From positions 1 to 54,493 of the forward strand of contig JAHHTB010000001.1 of the NCBI GenBank assembly GCA_020024855.1: a DNA stretch of 54,493 bases. Direction: 5' to 3'. This DNA is from Fusobacterium sp. Lineage in GTDB: Bacteria; Fusobacteriota; Fusobacteriia; Fusobacteriales; Fusobacteriaceae. The position numbers were made by a program, and so were the translations under genes. Every line of letters begins with the position of its first letter. Position 1 is the stretch's first letter. Positions 1-9,754 of the stretch are shown here, piece by piece. Under the pieces are notes generated by a model. That model worked only from the letters and a program-made list of their open reading frames with translations, made no database searches and had not been told where the DNA came from.

Positions 1-12
1 ATATTATTTTTT

Positions 13-1149
13 TTATTGCCAAATACTAAAAAAATTATTTCTTTTTTCTACATTTTCTCTGATTACTATTTTCCCCTCATCAACTATTTTATTATTTATA
101 TAAAGTTTGTATTCTCCTATTTCTTGCCCATCATATAAAGGAGCATTTACACTTTCTTCTTTATTCATAACAAATTTTACATCACTATTATTTTTCACTA
201 TATTAGAATAATTTCTATCTGAATATACTTCTACCTTTTTTACTGCTCCATTTAATACTTCTATTTCTCCAACTGGTATATTTTTATTTAAAAACTCAAC
301 AATTTTATAATCCTTATGGAATAATTTTATTTCCTCTATTATTTTCTCATCTCTCAATGCTTCTGTTGGAGCACCTAATACAACTGCTATTGAATTTATA
401 TTATTTTCATCACTAGCAACTGTTATATTATACCAATTATCAAGATGACCTGTTTTTATTCCATATATTCCCTCTTTTCCTAAAAGTTTATTTCTATTAT
501 AAATTTTTGATTTTCCTGAATAGAAAAGATTCTCCTCCTTTTTAGAAGCAACTTTTATATACTCTGGATAATTAAGAGCAGCAAGTGAAAGTTTGTATAC
601 ACCTAAAGCACTTCCTATATCTTTCCCTCTGCCTGTCATATGAGGTGGAAGTCCTGTTGGTGTATTATAATCTATATCTTTTCCAAAACCTAATTCATTG
701 GCTTTATCATTCATCATGGCAACAAATGTGTCTATATCTCCAGCAACGTGCTTAGCAAGTCCATAGGCAGCGTTATTAGCTGAATGAATTGCTGTTGCTT
801 TTATAAGATCTTCAACTGAAATTTTTGTTCCCTCTTTCATCCAAATTCTACTACCACCCATTTCAGCCATATTTTTATCTACAACTACTTTATCATCTAG
901 TTTTATTTTTCCACTTTCTAAGGCTTCATAAGTAAGCATAAGAGTCATTACTTTTGTAACAGAGGCAAGAGGTAACATCTCGTTTTCATTTTCAGCATAA
1001 AATATATTTCCTTTTGTATCTCCTAATACAAAAGCTCTACATAAAGGTTGTTTCTCATCTAGTTTTTCATCTATAATTTCTATCTCGTTTGCCATAATAT
1101 TAAAATTAAAAATCATAATTAATAATATAAATAATATTTTCTTTGACAA
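13..1149 (-). CDS. dacA: D-alanyl-D-alanine carboxypeptidase (peptidase S11, PBP5 family)
   Basis: SxxK (SVTK), SxN (SAN) and KTG motifs plus a signal peptide. Start moved to TTG at 1149 behind GGAGG (ORF track gives 1164). Confidence 0.9.
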   Translation of the reverse strand: MSKKILFILLIMIFNFNIMANEIEIIDEKLDEKQPLCRAFVLGDTKGNIFYAENENEMLPLASVTKVMTLMLTYEALESGKIKLDDKVVVDKNMAEMGGSRIWMKEGTKISVEDLIKATAIHSANNAAYGLAKHVAGDIDTFVAMMNDKANELGFGKDIDYNTPTGLPPHMTGRGKDIGSALGVYKLSLAALNYPEYIKVASKKEENLFYSGKSKIYNRNKLLGKEGIYGIKTGHLDNWYNITVASDENNINSIAVVLGAPTEALRDEKIIEEIKLFHKDYKIVEFLNKNIPVGEIEVLNGAVKKVEVYSDRNYSNIVKNNSDVKFVMNKEESVNAPLYDGQEIGEYKLYINNKIVDEGKIVIRENVEKRNNFFSIWQ

Positions 1150-1202
1150 TTTTTCATCCTCCAATAAAAACTTTTACATATTCGATTATATATGTTTTCA
1201 CA

Positions 1203-1232
1203 AAAAAAAGAAAGGGCTTTAAGACCCTTTCT
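1203..1232 (-). terminator. Intrinsic terminator after iscU
   Basis: AGAAAGGG...CCCTTTCT hairpin followed by a T-run on the - strand. Confidence 0.75.
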
Positions 1233-1253
1233 GAAATATATTTTTTATTCTAA

Positions 1254-1628
1254 TTATTTTGCTTTTTTAGATAAATAATCTTCAATAGCTGCTTTAACTG
1301 CTTCTTCAGCTAAAACTGAACAGTGCATTTTTACTGGTGGAAGACCATCTAGAGCCTCAGCAACAACTTTGTTTGTTAATCTTAAAGCTTCATTTATATC
1401 TTTACCAATTATCATTTCAGTAGAAATTGATGAAGTTGCGATTGCTGATGCGCAACCAAATGTTCTAAATTTTACATCTGTGATAATGTCATTATCTATT
1501 TTTAAGAATATTTCCATTATATCCCCACAAGATGGGTTTCCGATTTTTCCGTATCCATCTGGATTTTCTATTACTCCCATATTTCTAGGATTCATAAAAT
1601 GATCCATTACTTTTTCTGAATATTGCAT
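1254..1628 (-). CDS. iscU: Fe-S cluster scaffold IscU/NifU-N
   Basis: YSEKVMDHF, CGD, FGC and KMHC motifs. Confidence 0.95.
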   Translation of the reverse strand: MQYSEKVMDHFMNPRNMGVIENPDGYGKIGNPSCGDIMEIFLKIDNDIITDVKFRTFGCASAIATSSISTEMIIGKDINEALRLTNKVVAEALDGLPPVKMHCSVLAEEAVKAAIEDYLSKKAK

Positions 1629-1661
1629 TATTAATTTTCCTCCCTATTTTATAAAACGATA

Positions 1662-2828
1662 TTATTTGTGAAATTCATTCCATAGTGGTGACATCATTCT
1701 TAATTTTCCAATTACTTCAACCACTGATTCTATTGTGTAATCTATTTCTTCTTTTGTATTATATTTTCCAAGACTAAATCTTATAGTTCCATGAGCAAAC
1801 TCTTCAGGAATTCCCATTGCTAAAAGTACATGAGATGCTTGAAGTTCGTCAGAAGAACATGCTGAACCTGAACTTACTGCTATTCCTTTCATGCTAAGTG
1901 CAAGAAGAATTGATTCTCCCTCTACATATTTGAAAGTTATGCTAGATGTTCCAGGAAGTCTTTTTACAGCCTTACTATTTACTACTATTTCTGGTATTCT
2001 TGCTAAAAGTTGTTCTTCAAAATAATCTCTTAAAGCTCCAACTCTTTTGTTTTCTTCTTCTCTTTCAGCATATGCTTTTTCAAGAGCTTTTGCCATACCA
2101 ACAATTAGTGGAGTGTTAGTTGTTCCAGGTCTTAATTTTCTTTCTTGTCCTCCACCTGTTATAACTTTTCCAAGTCTTACTCCATTTCTTACATATAGAG
2201 CTCCAACACCTTTTGGTCCATAGAATTTATGAGCAGTAAATACTAATAAATCTATTCCCATTTCTTTAGGATTTATTTCTAATTTTCCCATAGATTGAAC
2301 TGCATCTACATGGAATAAAACTTTATGTTCTTTTGCTATTTTTCCAATTTCTTCTATTGGTTGTACTGCACCAGTTTCATTATTTGCATGCATTACAGAT
2401 ATTAAAATAGTTTCATCTTTTATTGCAGATTTTAATTGCTCTAAATCCACAACTCCATTTTCATCAACATTTAAAACAGTAACTTCATATCCTTCTTTTT
2501 CTAAATCTTTACAAGTGTTTCTTACACCTGGGTGTTCTATTGAACTTACTATTATATGTTTTCCTCTGTTTTTATATGCTCTTGCAACTCCTCTTATAGC
2601 AAGATTATCTCCTTCAGTTCCTGAACCAGTAAAAATTATTTCTTCTGGAATTACACCAAGAAGATCTGCTATTACTTTTCTTGACTCTGCCACCGCTTTA
2701 CCAGTTTCTTTTCCAAATAAATGTAAACTAAAAGCATTTCCATATTCTTCTTTAAAGAAAGGTATCATAGCATTAAAAGCATCATCGTCAAGTCTTGTTG
2801 TTGCATTGTTATCTAAATATATTTTCAT
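1662..2828 (-). CDS. iscS: Cysteine desulfurase IscS/NifS
   Basis: YLDNNATT, AHKFYGPKG (PLP lysine) and SSGSAC catalytic Cys loop. Confidence 0.95.
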   Translation of the reverse strand: MKIYLDNNATTRLDDDAFNAMIPFFKEEYGNAFSLHLFGKETGKAVAESRKVIADLLGVIPEEIIFTGSGTEGDNLAIRGVARAYKNRGKHIIVSSIEHPGVRNTCKDLEKEGYEVTVLNVDENGVVDLEQLKSAIKDETILISVMHANNETGAVQPIEEIGKIAKEHKVLFHVDAVQSMGKLEINPKEMGIDLLVFTAHKFYGPKGVGALYVRNGVRLGKVITGGGQERKLRPGTTNTPLIVGMAKALEKAYAEREEENKRVGALRDYFEEQLLARIPEIVVNSKAVKRLPGTSSITFKYVEGESILLALSMKGIAVSSGSACSSDELQASHVLLAMGIPEEFAHGTIRFSLGKYNTKEEIDYTIESVVEVIGKLRMMSPLWNEFHK

Positions 2829-2869
2829 TTTAAATCAGCTCCCAAGAATTAATTTCTTTTCCCACATAC

Positions 2870-2898
2870 TTTATACCATTCTTTATTTATTATGTCAA
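2870..2898 (-). promoter_or_regulatory. Sigma70 promoter of iscS-iscU
   Basis: TTGACA-17 bp-TATAAA with an extended TG. Confidence 0.7.
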
Positions 2899-2987
2899 GA
2901 ATTATTATAGATATTTTTCATATTTTTTCAAGGGATAACTTCTATATCTTACTATATTACATATTTACTTTGTCAACAATTATAATT

Positions 2988-3641
2988 TTATTTTTTCTTC
3001 TGATTTTTTTGATAATATTTACACACTTCTTTTATCTCACATTCAGAACATTGTGGACGTCTTGCTATACACTTATCTCTACCTTGAAGAATGATATAGT
3101 GAGAAAAATCTATCCAACTTTTCTTTGGAACTATTTTCATCAAATCTTTTTCTATTTTTACAGGATCTGTTTCCTCTGTAAGCCCTAATAAATTTGTAAT
3201 TCTCTTTACATGAGTATCAACTGTAACTCCATCAGCTAAACCCCATATTTCTCCTCTTACAACATTCGCAGTTTTTCTTCCCACTCCACCAAGTTCAAGA
3301 AGTTTATCCATCTCTTTAGGAAGTTCTCCATTATATTTTTCCAAAAGTTGTCTTGCTGCTTTTTGTATATTTTTAGCTTTATTTTTATAAAAACCTGTAC
3401 TTTTTATTAATTCTTCTATCTCAGCTAATTCCATACTTGCAAATTGCTCTGGAGTATTTATTTTATCTTCATAAAACATTTTTTCAGTTACTATATTAAC
3501 ACGTTTATCTGTACATTGTGCTGAAAGAATCACTGCTACAAGTAGTTCAAAAGGAGTTTCAAAATTAAGAGCACACTTAGGCTTTCCAAATTTCTTTTCC
3601 ATTTTTTCTAACACATATTTTACTTTTTCTTTTTTTGTCAT
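2988..3641 (-). CDS. nth: Endonuclease III
   Basis: LSAQCTD, HhH motif LGGVGRKTA, VDTHV and C-x6-C-x2-C-x5-C 4Fe-4S motif. Confidence 0.95.
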   Translation of the reverse strand: MTKKEKVKYVLEKMEKKFGKPKCALNFETPFELLVAVILSAQCTDKRVNIVTEKMFYEDKINTPEQFASMELAEIEELIKSTGFYKNKAKNIQKAARQLLEKYNGELPKEMDKLLELGGVGRKTANVVRGEIWGLADGVTVDTHVKRITNLLGLTEETDPVKIEKDLMKIVPKKSWIDFSHYIILQGRDKCIARRPQCSECEIKEVCKYYQKNQKKK

Positions 3642-3668
3642 TTTTCCCCCCTCTCTTTTAATATTAAA

Positions 3669-3745
3669 AAGCTGTTACAATAATAATTTTAGAAAATATT
3701 TAATTTTCATCAAGATATTTTCTATATAATCAACTGTAACAGCTT
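3669..3745. repeat. Nested inverted-repeat element (MITE/REP-like, possibly acting as a terminator)
   Basis: Outer AAGCTGTTACA/TGTAACAGCTT and inner TAGAAAATAT/ATATTTTCTA. Confidence 0.6.
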
Positions 3746-3752
3746 ATCTATT

Positions 3753-4229
3753 TTATTCCAATGTTTTTATAAAAAGTAGATGTTCAATTCCTTTATAATT
3801 TTCAACACTATCATAATAAAATCCAAGATTTTTAAAAGCATTTATTGAAACAGTATTCTCTTCAAGAATATAAGCAAGTACAATAGAAATTTCTGGTTTC
3901 TTATGTTTTAATTCCTCTATACTTAAAGTTAATATACTATGACTATACCCATGTTCTCTTATCTCTTTAATTAGATATATATTTATAACTGCACATTCTC
4001 CATCTATTTCAAATTTTACGCAACCTAAAAAATTGCCTGTTTCTGTATTGGTAATAGTATATAGAAGATAGGCATCTGAATGAATGAGAAACTTGTACCA
4101 TCTTTCATGAGCTTTCCATTGTTCTTCACAATCAGTACAGTATTTTTTTACATAATCTAAATGAATATAGTTATATATCTCCTCAATATCACTTTCTACT
4201 GTTTCTCTTAAAAGAATCAAAAAAATCAC
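3753..4229 (-). CDS. GNAT family N-acetyltransferase
   Basis: LRE...DIEEI N-terminus, REHGYS motif A and ENTVSINAFKNLGF motif B. Confidence 0.8.
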   Translation of the reverse strand: MIFLILLRETVESDIEEIYNYIHLDYVKKYCTDCEEQWKAHERWYKFLIHSDAYLLYTITNTETGNFLGCVKFEIDGECAVINIYLIKEIREHGYSHSILTLSIEELKHKKPEISIVLAYILEENTVSINAFKNLGFYYDSVENYKGIEHLLFIKTLE

Positions 4230-4258
4230 CTGTTTTCAATTTATTTTTGTCTATAAGC

Positions 4259-5479
4259 TTATTTTAATATTATTCTATGGAATTTCTTTTTCCCCATTTT
4301 TACAATAGCTTCTTTATCTTTGAAAGAATCTTCTGTAAGAAGATAGGCAACTTCTATTATCTTATCTCCGTTTAAAGACATTCCATTTTGTTGAATAAGT
4401 CTTCTTCCTTCACTCTTAGTTTTTAACACTCCTTGCTCTGTTAAATAATCAATAAGAGATACTCCTAGTTTATCTTTTTCTAATTCTGTTGTTGGAAGAT
4501 TTGACATATCTCCACTTGCTCCAAATGCTCCTGCTGCTGCTGCTTTAGCTTTATCCGCTTCTTCAACACCATGAATCATTTTTGTTATTTCATAAGCAAG
4601 TACTGTTTTAGCTTTATTTATTTCTGCATCTTTTAAAGCTCCTAATCTTCTTACTTCGTCCATAGGAATAAATGTTAAAAGTGCAAGACATTTTTCAACG
4701 TCCTCATCTGCAACATTTCTCCAATATTGATAAAACTCATATGGAGTTGTTTTTTTTGGGTCAAGCCATAAAGCTCCCTTTGCAGTTTTTCCCATTTTCT
4801 TTCCTTCACTATTAGTAAGAAGTGTGCAAGTCATTCCATATACTGTTTCTTGTTTTTTCTTTCTTACAAGGTTAATCCCTGCAATTATATTTGACCATTG
4901 ATCATCTCCACCAAGTTCCATTTTACAATTATGCTTTTGGTTTAATACATAGAAATCATATCCTTGCATAAGCATATAGTTAAATTCTAAGAAAGATAAT
5001 CCTTTTTCCATTCTTGATTTAAAACATTCTGCTGCAAGCATTTTATTGACAGAAAATTCTGCTCCTATATCTCTTAAGAAATCAATGTAATTAAGTCCTA
5101 AAAGCCAATCTGCATTGTTTTCAAGTATAGCTTTTCCATCTGTAAAATCTATAAATTTCTCCATCTGTTTTTTTATGCAAGAAACATTGTGAGCTATCGT
5201 TTCTTTTGTCATCATTGTTCTCATGTCAGTTCTTCCACTTGGGTCACCAACCATAGCTGTTCCCCCACCAACTAAGGCAATAGGTCTATGTCCAAATCTT
5301 TGCATATGTGCCATAAACATCATAGCTATAAAATGTCCTACGTGTAAACTATCTGCTGTTGGGTCAAATCCTATATAGAAAGTTATTTTTTCTTCTCCTA
5401 AAAGTTTTTTTATTGCTTCTTCATCTGTGAATTGTTTTAAATATCCACGGTCTTTCAGTACGTCGTAAACATTCTCCAT
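4259..5479 (-). CDS. tyrS: Tyrosine--tRNA ligase
   Basis: [13 protein letters not shown] (HIGH), [14 protein letters not shown] and a C-terminal S4 domain. Confidence 0.98.
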   Translation of the reverse strand: MENVYDVLKDRGYLKQFTDEEAIKKLLGEEKITFYIGFDPTADSLHVGHFIAMMFMAHMQRFGHRPIALVGGGTAMVGDPSGRTDMRTMMTKETIAHNVSCIKKQMEKFIDFTDGKAILENNADWLLGLNYIDFLRDIGAEFSVNKMLAAECFKSRMEKGLSFLEFNYMLMQGYDFYVLNQKHNCKMELGGDDQWSNIIAGINLVRKKKQETVYGMTCTLLTNSEGKKMGKTAKGALWLDPKKTTPYEFYQYWRNVADEDVEKCLALLTFIPMDEVRRLGALKDAEINKAKTVLAYEITKMIHGVEEADKAKAAAAGAFGASGDMSNLPTTELEKDKLGVSLIDYLTEQGVLKTKSEGRRLIQQNGMSLNGDKIIEVAYLLTEDSFKDKEAIVKMGKKKFHRIILK

Positions 5480-5554
5480 TATTCTATCCCCCTATTTATT
5501 TTTACATTTTTTATTTTAACATAAAGATAATGCTTTTAAAAGCATTTATAAAAC

Positions 5555-5586
5555 AAAAGCCTGTTGAATATAATCAACAGGCTTTT
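5555..5586 (-). terminator. Intrinsic terminator or attenuator upstream of tyrS
   Basis: AAAAGCCTGTTGA-TTATAT-TCAACAGGCTTTT continuing into GTTTT on the - strand. Confidence 0.8.
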
Positions 5587-5596
5587 ATATCCCTTT

Positions 5597-5717
5597 TAAC
5601 ATATTCTTCAGCTTATCTATTAAATTATTGCATATCAAAATATGTTTAAAATTTTTATTTAAAAATTCTAAACATGATTATATACAATAATAATATGAAG
5701 CTGTTAAAAATATGTTA
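5597..5717 (-). ncRNA. Long imperfect RNA hairpin in the tyrS leader
   Basis: About 50 bp stem. The three non-Watson-Crick pairs inside the helices are G-U on the - strand. Confidence 0.65.
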
Positions 5718-5731
5718 TTTAATGTTATCAT
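5678..5731 (-). CDS. Putative tyrS leader peptide MITLNNIFLTASYYYCI
   Basis: AGGAG RBS 6 nt before ATG, TAT-TAT-TAT at 5695-5687 and a TAA stop. Too short for the ORF track. Confidence 0.6.
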   Translation of the reverse strand: MITLNNIFLTASYYYCI

Positions 5732-5764
5732 CTTATTCTCCTAAATAAAATTTAAGTCTTATTA

Positions 5765-5793
5765 ATTTTACCATTTTTTTTATTTGTTTTCAA
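5765..5793 (-). promoter_or_regulatory. Sigma70 promoter of the leader/tyrS transcript
   Basis: TTGAAA-17 bp-TAAAAT with an extended TG. Confidence 0.75.
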
Positions 5794-5810
5794 TTCTATA
5801 TTTTTAATAC

Positions 5811-5848
5811 AAAAAAAGATAACACAGATTTCTGTGTTATCTTTTTTT
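5811..5848 (-). terminator. Terminator of the S10-spc operon
   Basis: AAAAAAAGATAACACAGA-TT-TCTGTGTTATCTTTTTTT perfect inverted repeat at the secY stop. Confidence 0.9.
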
Positions 5849-7127
5849 ATAAGAACCCTTTATATTCTTTCATTACTAAGTGGGCATCTATTTGTTGAAC
5901 TGTATCAAGTGCAACTCCTACAACAATTATTACTCCTGTTCCCCCAAAGAAAACTGGAAGTCCTGCTGCTGTAAAAACTACAATCGGAAGTATACAGATA
6001 GCTGCAAGGAAAATTGCTCCTCCCCAAGTTATTCTTGTAACAACTCCCTCAAGATATTCAACTGTTTCTATTCCAGGTCTTATACCAGGAATAGTACCAC
6101 CACTCTGTTTTAAGTTATCAGCAACTTTTTCAGGATCAAACATAATTGCAGTATAGAAAAATGAAAAGAATATAATTATTAAAGCATAAAGCACCATATA
6201 AACAGGATGCTTACTATCAAAGAATAAAACTAAATAATCTCTAAATGGGAATGTTGCTGGTAACGATCTCATTAATAATGATGGTATCATCATTATTACA
6301 GAAGCAAAGATTACTGGCATAACCCCAGCAGAGTTAAGTTTTAATGGAATATAAGAATTTTGAGCCATTCCTCCTTTTCCACCAAATCCCTTTCCAACAT
6401 AGTGTACTGGAATTTTTCTTTGACCAAGCTGGAATAAAACTATTCCACCTACAACTACAATAGCTGCTACTGCTACTGCTATAAATATAGGTATTAAAAA
6501 TTTACTTTCTTTCATTATTTGCATAGTTTGAACTATGTTTGAAGGTCCTCTTGAAATAACATTTAAAAATATTAAAAGAGAAACTCCATTACCTATTCCA
6601 TTAACTGATATCTGTTCACCAACCCACATAAGGAATACTGTTCCTGCTGTAAGAATTGTGATTGTAACTAACATAAATTTTATTCCTGGGTTAGTTACTA
6701 ATCCAGAAGATGTAAGCCACACACATACACCAATACCTTGCATAATCGCAATAAGGATTGTCACATATCTAGTCCATTGACTAATTTTAGCTCTTCCTGA
6801 TTCTCCTTCTTTTTGAATTTCTTCAATCTTAGGAATAATAACAGCAAGTAAACTAAATACAATAGAAGCATTGATATATGGAACAATTCCTAATGCAAAT
6901 ATAGATATTCTCTGGAAGGCTCCTCCCGAAAACATATTAATAAAACCTAATAGGTCATTTTGAGCTGTCATTCTTGACAGTTTCTCTATGTCTATTCCTG
7001 GAGCAGGGATATAAGTCCCCACTCTAGCAACTAGGAACATCAACAAGGTAAAAACGATTCTAGCTTTTAACTCAGGAACTTTCATAATTCCTCTTAATTT
7101 AGCATTAAAGCTCTCCATTAAAGTCAA
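5847..7127 (-). CDS. secY: Preprotein translocase SecY
   Basis: SIFALGIVPYINASI, GIGNGVSLLI and IPGIRPG motifs, about 10 TM segments, follows rplO. Confidence 0.98.
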   Translation of the reverse strand: MTLMESFNAKLRGIMKVPELKARIVFTLLMFLVARVGTYIPAPGIDIEKLSRMTAQNDLLGFINMFSGGAFQRISIFALGIVPYINASIVFSLLAVIIPKIEEIQKEGESGRAKISQWTRYVTILIAIMQGIGVCVWLTSSGLVTNPGIKFMLVTITILTAGTVFLMWVGEQISVNGIGNGVSLLIFLNVISRGPSNIVQTMQIMKESKFLIPIFIAVAVAAIVVVGGIVLFQLGQRKIPVHYVGKGFGGKGGMAQNSYIPLKLNSAGVMPVIFASVIMMIPSLLMRSLPATFPFRDYLVLFFDSKHPVYMVLYALIIIFFSFFYTAIMFDPEKVADNLKQSGGTIPGIRPGIETVEYLEGVVTRITWGGAIFLAAICILPIVVFTAAGLPVFFGGTGVIIVVGVALDTVQQIDAHLVMKEYKGFL

Positions 7128-7155
7128 GATTTTTCACCTCGCTTATAATCAATAA

Positions 7156-7635
7156 TTACTTATTGTTTTTTGCAACATCAGCAAAAGTTTTAACTTCAAT
7201 AATTTCTACTGAACCACCTTTTTCTTCAATTGCTTTTTGAGCACTTTTAGAAACTTTGTGAGCTTCTACAGATATTTTCTTTTCTAGGTTTCCATTTCCA
7301 AGAACTTTTAAACCATCTAGTAATTTACTTACTAATCCAGTTTCTAATAAAAGCTCAGGAGTTACAACAGTTCCTTCTTCAAATCTGTTTAATACATCTA
7401 AATTAATAATAGCGTATTCTTTCTTGAATGGATAGTTGCTGAATCCTCTTTTTGGAGTTCTTCTGATGATAGGCATTTGTCCACCTTCAAAACCAGGTTT
7501 AGTTCCTCCACCAGATCTTGATTTTTGTCCATTACTTCCTTTACCAGCAGTTTTTCCTAGTCCAGAAGATTCTCCTCTTCCAACTCTTTTTCTAGCTTTT
7601 CTAGGTACAGAAGGTCTTAATTCATTTAATTCCAT
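7156..7635 (-). CDS. rplO: 50S ribosomal protein L15
   Basis: RVGRG...GFEGGQMP motif and operon position. Confidence 0.98.
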   Translation of the reverse strand: MELNELRPSVPRKARKRVGRGESSGLGKTAGKGSNGQKSRSGGGTKPGFEGGQMPIIRRTPKRGFSNYPFKKEYAIINLDVLNRFEEGTVVTPELLLETGLVSKLLDGLKVLGNGNLEKKISVEAHKVSKSAQKAIEEKGGSVEIIEVKTFADVAKNNK

Positions 7636-7639
7636 GTTA

Positions 7640-7822
7640 TTATTGCACCTCCTCTACATCAAGCAGGTAAGAAACAAGAGCAATTTTTCCCATTAATTCA
7701 GGAGTTGCTTCATGTTCAACCACACTATTCATCTTCTTAAGCCCTAGCGACTTTACAGTAGCTATATGGTTAGGCTTTCTTCCTATTATACTTTTTGCAA
7801 GTCTTATTCTAACCTTTGCCAT
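7640..7822 (-). CDS. rpmD: 50S ribosomal protein L30
   Basis: KSIIGR...TVKSLGL motif and operon position. Confidence 0.97.
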   Translation of the reverse strand: MAKVRIRLAKSIIGRKPNHIATVKSLGLKKMNSVVEHEATPELMGKIALVSYLLDVEEVQ

Positions 7823-7835
7823 TTCTCTAAACCTC

Positions 7836-8339
7836 CTAGCTTAAGATTTCCTTAACAGTTTTTCCTCTTAATTCTGCTACTTCTTCAGCAGTTCTTAATC
7901 CTCTTAAGCCTTCAATAGTAGCTTTTGCAACGTTATGTTTGTTTTTAGATCCTTTAATTTTAGTTAAGATGTTATGAACTCCAACTAATTCAAGGATTTC
8001 TCTGCATGAAGAACCAGAAATTACCCCAGTACCTTCATATGCAGGTGCCATCCATATAGATGTTGCTCCCCATTTTCCAACAGTTTCATGAGGAATTGTT
8101 CTTCCTTTAAGAGAAACATCGATCATGTTTTTCTTAGCAGCAGCAACAGCTTTTCTGATTGCATCAGGAACACCATTAGCTTTTCCTAAACCAATTCCTA
8201 CTTTTCCTTCTTTATTTCCAACAGCAGCTAAAACAGAAAAAGATATAGTTCTTCCTCCTTTAGTTGTCTTAGATACTCTAGAAATTTTTAATAATTTTTC
8301 TGCAAATTCTTTTTCTTCTCTATCCATTAACTTAGACAA
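7836..8339 (-). CDS. rpsE: 30S ribosomal protein S5
   Basis: [10 protein letters not shown] and [10 protein letters not shown] motifs. Confidence 0.98.
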   Translation of the reverse strand: MSKLMDREEKEFAEKLLKISRVSKTTKGGRTISFSVLAAVGNKEGKVGIGLGKANGVPDAIRKAVAAAKKNMIDVSLKGRTIPHETVGKWGATSIWMAPAYEGTGVISGSSCREILELVGVHNILTKIKGSKNKHNVAKATIEGLRGLRTAEEVAELRGKTVKEILS

Positions 8340-8364
8340 GTGAAATCCTCCTCTCTCAAAGAAA

Positions 8365-8733
8365 TTAGAAGTTTAACCCGTTTTCTCTTGCTGTTTCTGC
8401 AAGAGCGGCAACTCTTCCTGTATAAATGTATCCTGATCTGTCAAATACGACATTTTTTATTTCTTTTGCTACAGCTCTTTCTGCTAATAGTTTTCCAACT
8501 AATTTAGCTGCTTCTACGTTTCCACCGTTTGCGATTTGAGCTTTTAACTCTTTATCAACAGTTGATGCAGAAACTAAAGTTACTCCGTTAACGTCATCTA
8601 TTAACTGAGCAAACATATTAGTGTTTGATCTATATATAGAAAGTCTTGGTCTCTCAGCTGTACCAGAAATTTTAGTTCTGATTGATAAGTGTTTTCTCTC
8701 TCTAACAGCTTGTCTATTTACCTTTTTAAACAA
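8365..8733 (-). CDS. rplR: 50S ribosomal protein L18
   Basis: GTAERPRL and VVFDRSGY motifs. Confidence 0.98.
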   Translation of the reverse strand: MFKKVNRQAVRERKHLSIRTKISGTAERPRLSIYRSNTNMFAQLIDDVNGVTLVSASTVDKELKAQIANGGNVEAAKLVGKLLAERAVAKEIKNVVFDRSGYIYTGRVAALAETARENGLNF

Positions 8734-8761
8734 CTCACTTACCTCCTTTTTGAGCTATATC

Positions 8762-9295
8762 CTACGATTTTTTACCTTCTTTTCTTCTTATTACTTCGTC
8801 AGCGTATTTAACTCCTTTTCCTTTATAAGGCTCTGGAGCTCTCTTAGATCTGATGATAGCAGCTACTTGACCAACAACATCTTTTTCAATTCCTTCTACT
8901 ATGATAGTAGTGTTTTTCTCAACTGAGAAAGTGATGTTTGCTACTTCATCAATGATAACTGGATGAGAATATCCTAATGATAATTCTAACCCTTTACCTT
9001 TTAATGCTGCTCTGTATCCAACCCCTACTAGGTTTAGAACTTTTTTGAACCCTTCACTTACACCAACAACCATATTATGGATAAGTGCTCTTGTAGTTCC
9101 ATGTAAAGCTCTCATTTCTATTGAATCGTCTGGTCTAGTAACAACTATATGACCATCCTCTAAAGCTATTGTTAAATTTTTATTAAATTCTTTTGTTAAA
9201 GTACCTTTAGGTCCTTTTACAGTAACTTTATGTTCGTCAACTGTAATAGTAACCCCAGCAGGTACCACTATAGGTTTTTTACCTATTCTTGACAT
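8762..9295 (-). CDS. rplF: 50S ribosomal protein L6
   Basis: MSRIGK and PEPYKGKG motifs. Confidence 0.98.
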   Translation of the reverse strand: MSRIGKKPIVVPAGVTITVDEHKVTVKGPKGTLTKEFNKNLTIALEDGHIVVTRPDDSIEMRALHGTTRALIHNMVVGVSEGFKKVLNLVGVGYRAALKGKGLELSLGYSHPVIIDEVANITFSVEKNTTIIVEGIEKDVVGQVAAIIRSKRAPEPYKGKGVKYADEVIRRKEGKKS

Positions 9296-9319
9296 TTAAT
9301 GGACACCTCCTAGTTTATT

Positions 9320-9715
9320 TTACCATACGAATGCAAGGATTTCTCCACCTACATTTTCTTTTCTTGCTACTCTATCAGTAACAATTCCTTTAGATGTAGA
9401 TACTATAGCAATCCCAAGACCTGAAAGTACTCTTGGTAATTCGTCTACTGGAGCGTAAACTCTTCTACCTGGTTTAGAAATTCTTTTTAATCCTTTGATT
9501 ACTCTTTCTTTTCCTGCATATTTTAAGTAAACTCTTATATTTTTTACGTTACCATCAGTTATAACTTTGTAGTTAGCTATGTAACCTTCTTCTTTTAAAA
9601 TCTTAGCTATTGTAAGTTTTAAATTTGAATAAGGAACATCAACTTTCTCATGCATAACTGCATTAGCGTTTCTTATTCTTGTCAACATATCTGCAATTGG
9701 ATCTGTTAAAAACAT
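9320..9715 (-). CDS. rpsH: 30S ribosomal protein S8
   Basis: [13 protein letters not shown] and SKPGRRVY motifs. Confidence 0.98.
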   Translation of the reverse strand: MFLTDPIADMLTRIRNANAVMHEKVDVPYSNLKLTIAKILKEEGYIANYKVITDGNVKNIRVYLKYAGKERVIKGLKRISKPGRRVYAPVDELPRVLSGLGIAIVSTSKGIVTDRVARKENVGGEILAFVW

Positions 9716-9754
9716 TTACTATAATCCTCCTTCCATATCAATAAAACGTGCTTT

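Noticed and set aside
5555..5758. 6S RNA
   Set aside because: The size fits, but the stem lacks a large central bubble and the RNA has an RBS and uORF. An Rfam scan would settle it.
5480..5760. T-box riboswitch upstream of tyrS
   Set aside because: No GGTGGNACC antiterminator bulge or recognisable stem I. An isolated GCTGAA is insufficient.
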